From assembly GCA_965112155.1 (NCBI GenBank), contig OZ218107.1: a stretch of DNA of 64,000 nucleotides. The stretch is one strand, 5' to 3'. The notes under the pieces are model-generated. The model saw nothing but the letters and a program-made list of their open reading frames with translations, was not told the origin of the DNA and made no database searches. Below, one piece after another: positions 61,866 to 64,000 of this stretch. The position numbers and the translations under genes are program-made. Within the stretch, counting starts at the first letter, position 1, and every line of letters begins with the position of its first letter. The stretch is from Podarcis liolepis (Eukaryota).

Positions 61866-63840
61866 CAGTCACAGGCAAGGCTTATAGACGCTGAGTAACA
61901 GGGAGTTAGCTTGTAAAGGTAACCTTTTCACCTGTCAAAAATAGTGGCTGGTTATCTGACCCCAAGGTGAACTCCCCCTTTCCACATCTGATTGCCCCTG
62001 GGTTCCTTTTGAATTCACCAAAATATGCTTTTGAAATAGAGATACAGTCTTGTGTTCCTTAGAGAGGCAATGGCAAAGAGCCTCTTTACTGAGAGTTCCT
62101 GATTAGTTCTGAAAAAAAAGAAAAGAAAATAAATGTGCTTTAGAAGCAACTGAGTATAGGGAGGGTTGAAGCAGGAAAAGGGTTTACCTAAAGCAGTGAT
62201 GGGTAACCTCTGTCTCACAGGACAAATTTGGCCTGCCTGGCCTCCCCATTTGGACTGCCATTTGTTGGCGAGATATGTTCAGGGGGTGCAAGATTGGATA
62301 TCTGTATGCTAAGCTCTTGGTCCAGTAAATTTCAGGATCAGATCTTACCAATATATACAATCTTTGTTTGGAAATAATGTCCTTGGTCACCTGAACAGCT
62401 TTCTCAGAAGCGATGTGGAAAGCACATTAGGTGCATCATTCAAAGTGCATGCCGTGAAGCAAATGCAGAGTGCAGTTTGTATTAGACATTTAATGGAAAC
62501 ACAACCACTTCATTAACTTTGCAGTATTATTATGTGCTCTATATCATTATGTGATCCAAATAGGCTGTCAACAAGCATTACGTTTTAAGCAGTTTTAATT
62601 TAAATGTGACCTTTGCTTTAAATTTAGACAATGCCTTCAGGAATCCATATGATCACTCAGTGATAAAGCTAATTATTTCTTCATGTAAGCATCGAAATAT
62701 ACCTATATGTGGCAGAAATTTAAATCAGCCCTTTGCTCGTTGTCCCCATCCATCCCTGAATTAGCAATACCTTAAGTGTGACTCTGTTAGGAACATGATA
62801 TATTGTACCAATATACTAGTAAAAGCACCGCGCACCCAATAATTTTGGCCTGGAAAAACAATGTTGGCTATTTTTGTGGCAATAAAGCTATTGCATCTGA
62901 CTGTCTACTCAACCTGAAATCTTTAAGAAAGCATCTTTCTCCTGAGAATTCCATTACAGCAGTATAGTAAAAAATGGATGGGCTCCCTTCCCAGAGCACT
63001 GCAGCATTAAAAAAAAAAAAGAGTCTCTTCTCTCTTTCCCCTCTCTGTTGCATTATTTAGCTGTTAGAGTGGTTGCCTCGATGGTGGTGTGTATTTTGAG
63101 GAAAATTCCATTTTAAAAGCTGTGAATGCCTAACCCTTTTTATGCCAAGGCTGAGAATCACTGAAAAACGTATTATTTCTTAGGAAGAAATAAACCATAC
63201 TTGATCTTCTTGAAAGCTGTAGTTTGTAGGAAGCAATTTAGGCGCAAGTTCTATTTCTATGCATGTAACTAAAGGTCAAGCTAGATGTGTGCATTAGTTC
63301 CCAGCCCCTGTGTTTAGCCCAAATCAATAACAAGGAAGTAATGTTTTGTCCAGTTATGTTGGAAGAATTTCAGTTAGTTCAAGGATGCGGACAACGTACA
63401 TTAGATAGGTGCAGGCAGACACTTGCATTCCTGACCCATAGCCCTGGTAAATTGTCCAGGCACGTAGTACTGAAAGCTGGCCAAGTAATTTAGGCATTCA
63501 AGGCAGGGAATCACTTTGCCTAATGGTAGGGCCAGCTCTGTCTGCTTATCTAAAAAAAGCTTCACCTGTTTAAGTAATGCACGTTTGGCAGTTAGATGCA
63601 TGACAGCAAGGAGAATGTAAAAGCTGGAAGTGAGTAGTTTTGATTGCTTCAAGACACAGTCCTATGCATTCTTACCAAGAAGAACATGGATAGGCTTTGG
63701 CCACTCCAGCATAACCCTGTGAATGCTGGCTTAGAAGGAAGCCCTCTGCAATATTCAATGGCTGTTACTCCCAAGCAAGATTTCAGCCTCCCTCCCAGAT
63801 AAATAAGTTTAGAATTGCAGCCCACTAGGAAGCAAGTCTC

Positions 63841-64000
63841 GGGACGTGGGTGGCGCTGTGGGTTAAACCACAGAGCCTAGGACTTGCTGATCAGAAGGTC
63901 GGCGGTTTGAATCCCCGTGACGGGGTGAGCTCCCATTGCTCAGTCCCTGCTCCTGCCAACCTAGCAGTTCAAAAGCACGACAAAGTACAAGTAGATAAAT
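63841..64000 (+). mobile_element. Sauria SINE 5' half, cut by window edge
   Basis: GGGACGTGGGTGGCGCTGTGGGTTAAACCACAGAGCC head, near-identical to the 48124 copy. Confidence 0.92.

Noticed and set aside
52351-64000. NELL2 exon 14 (EHDEC..)
   Set aside because: Not found by eye; the intron appears to run past the window end

Overview
Eukaryotic, AT-rich vertebrate genomic DNA. Sauria-type SINEs and the rest of the repeat content point to a squamate reptile, probably a lacertid lizard (inference). The window lies entirely inside a NELL2 gene on the + strand. I could join 11 consecutive GT-AG coding exons (equivalent to human coding exons 3-13; 151, 174, 97, 73, 83, 129, 103, 92, 103, 129 and 126 bp) into one uninterrupted frame encoding LamG/TSPN, coiled-coil, VWC1, VWC2, EGF1 and EGF2. 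The upstream exons and exon 14 onward are outside the window. The introns are dense with Sauria SINEs, CORE/tRNA SINEs, L2/CR1 fragments, hAT and Tc1/mariner-pogo MITEs, foldback elements and microsatellites. Almost all entries in the ORF track are spurious. The most interesting signal is a family of ~750-bp, TSD-less, LTR-like repeats with TTGC...GCAA termini (3 copies: 16295-17050 -, 41496-42591 -, 45744-46753 +). The two better-preserved copies have diverged in sequence but share a CCAAT/TATA promoter, a poly(A) signal and a predicted RNA architecture: an ENE-like U-rich internal loop (putative poly(A) triple helix), covarying long-range helices and a loop-to-3'-end pseudoknot. The sense copy could also act as an exon trap in NELL2 intron 11. 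Family names for repeats are from memory, not database searches.
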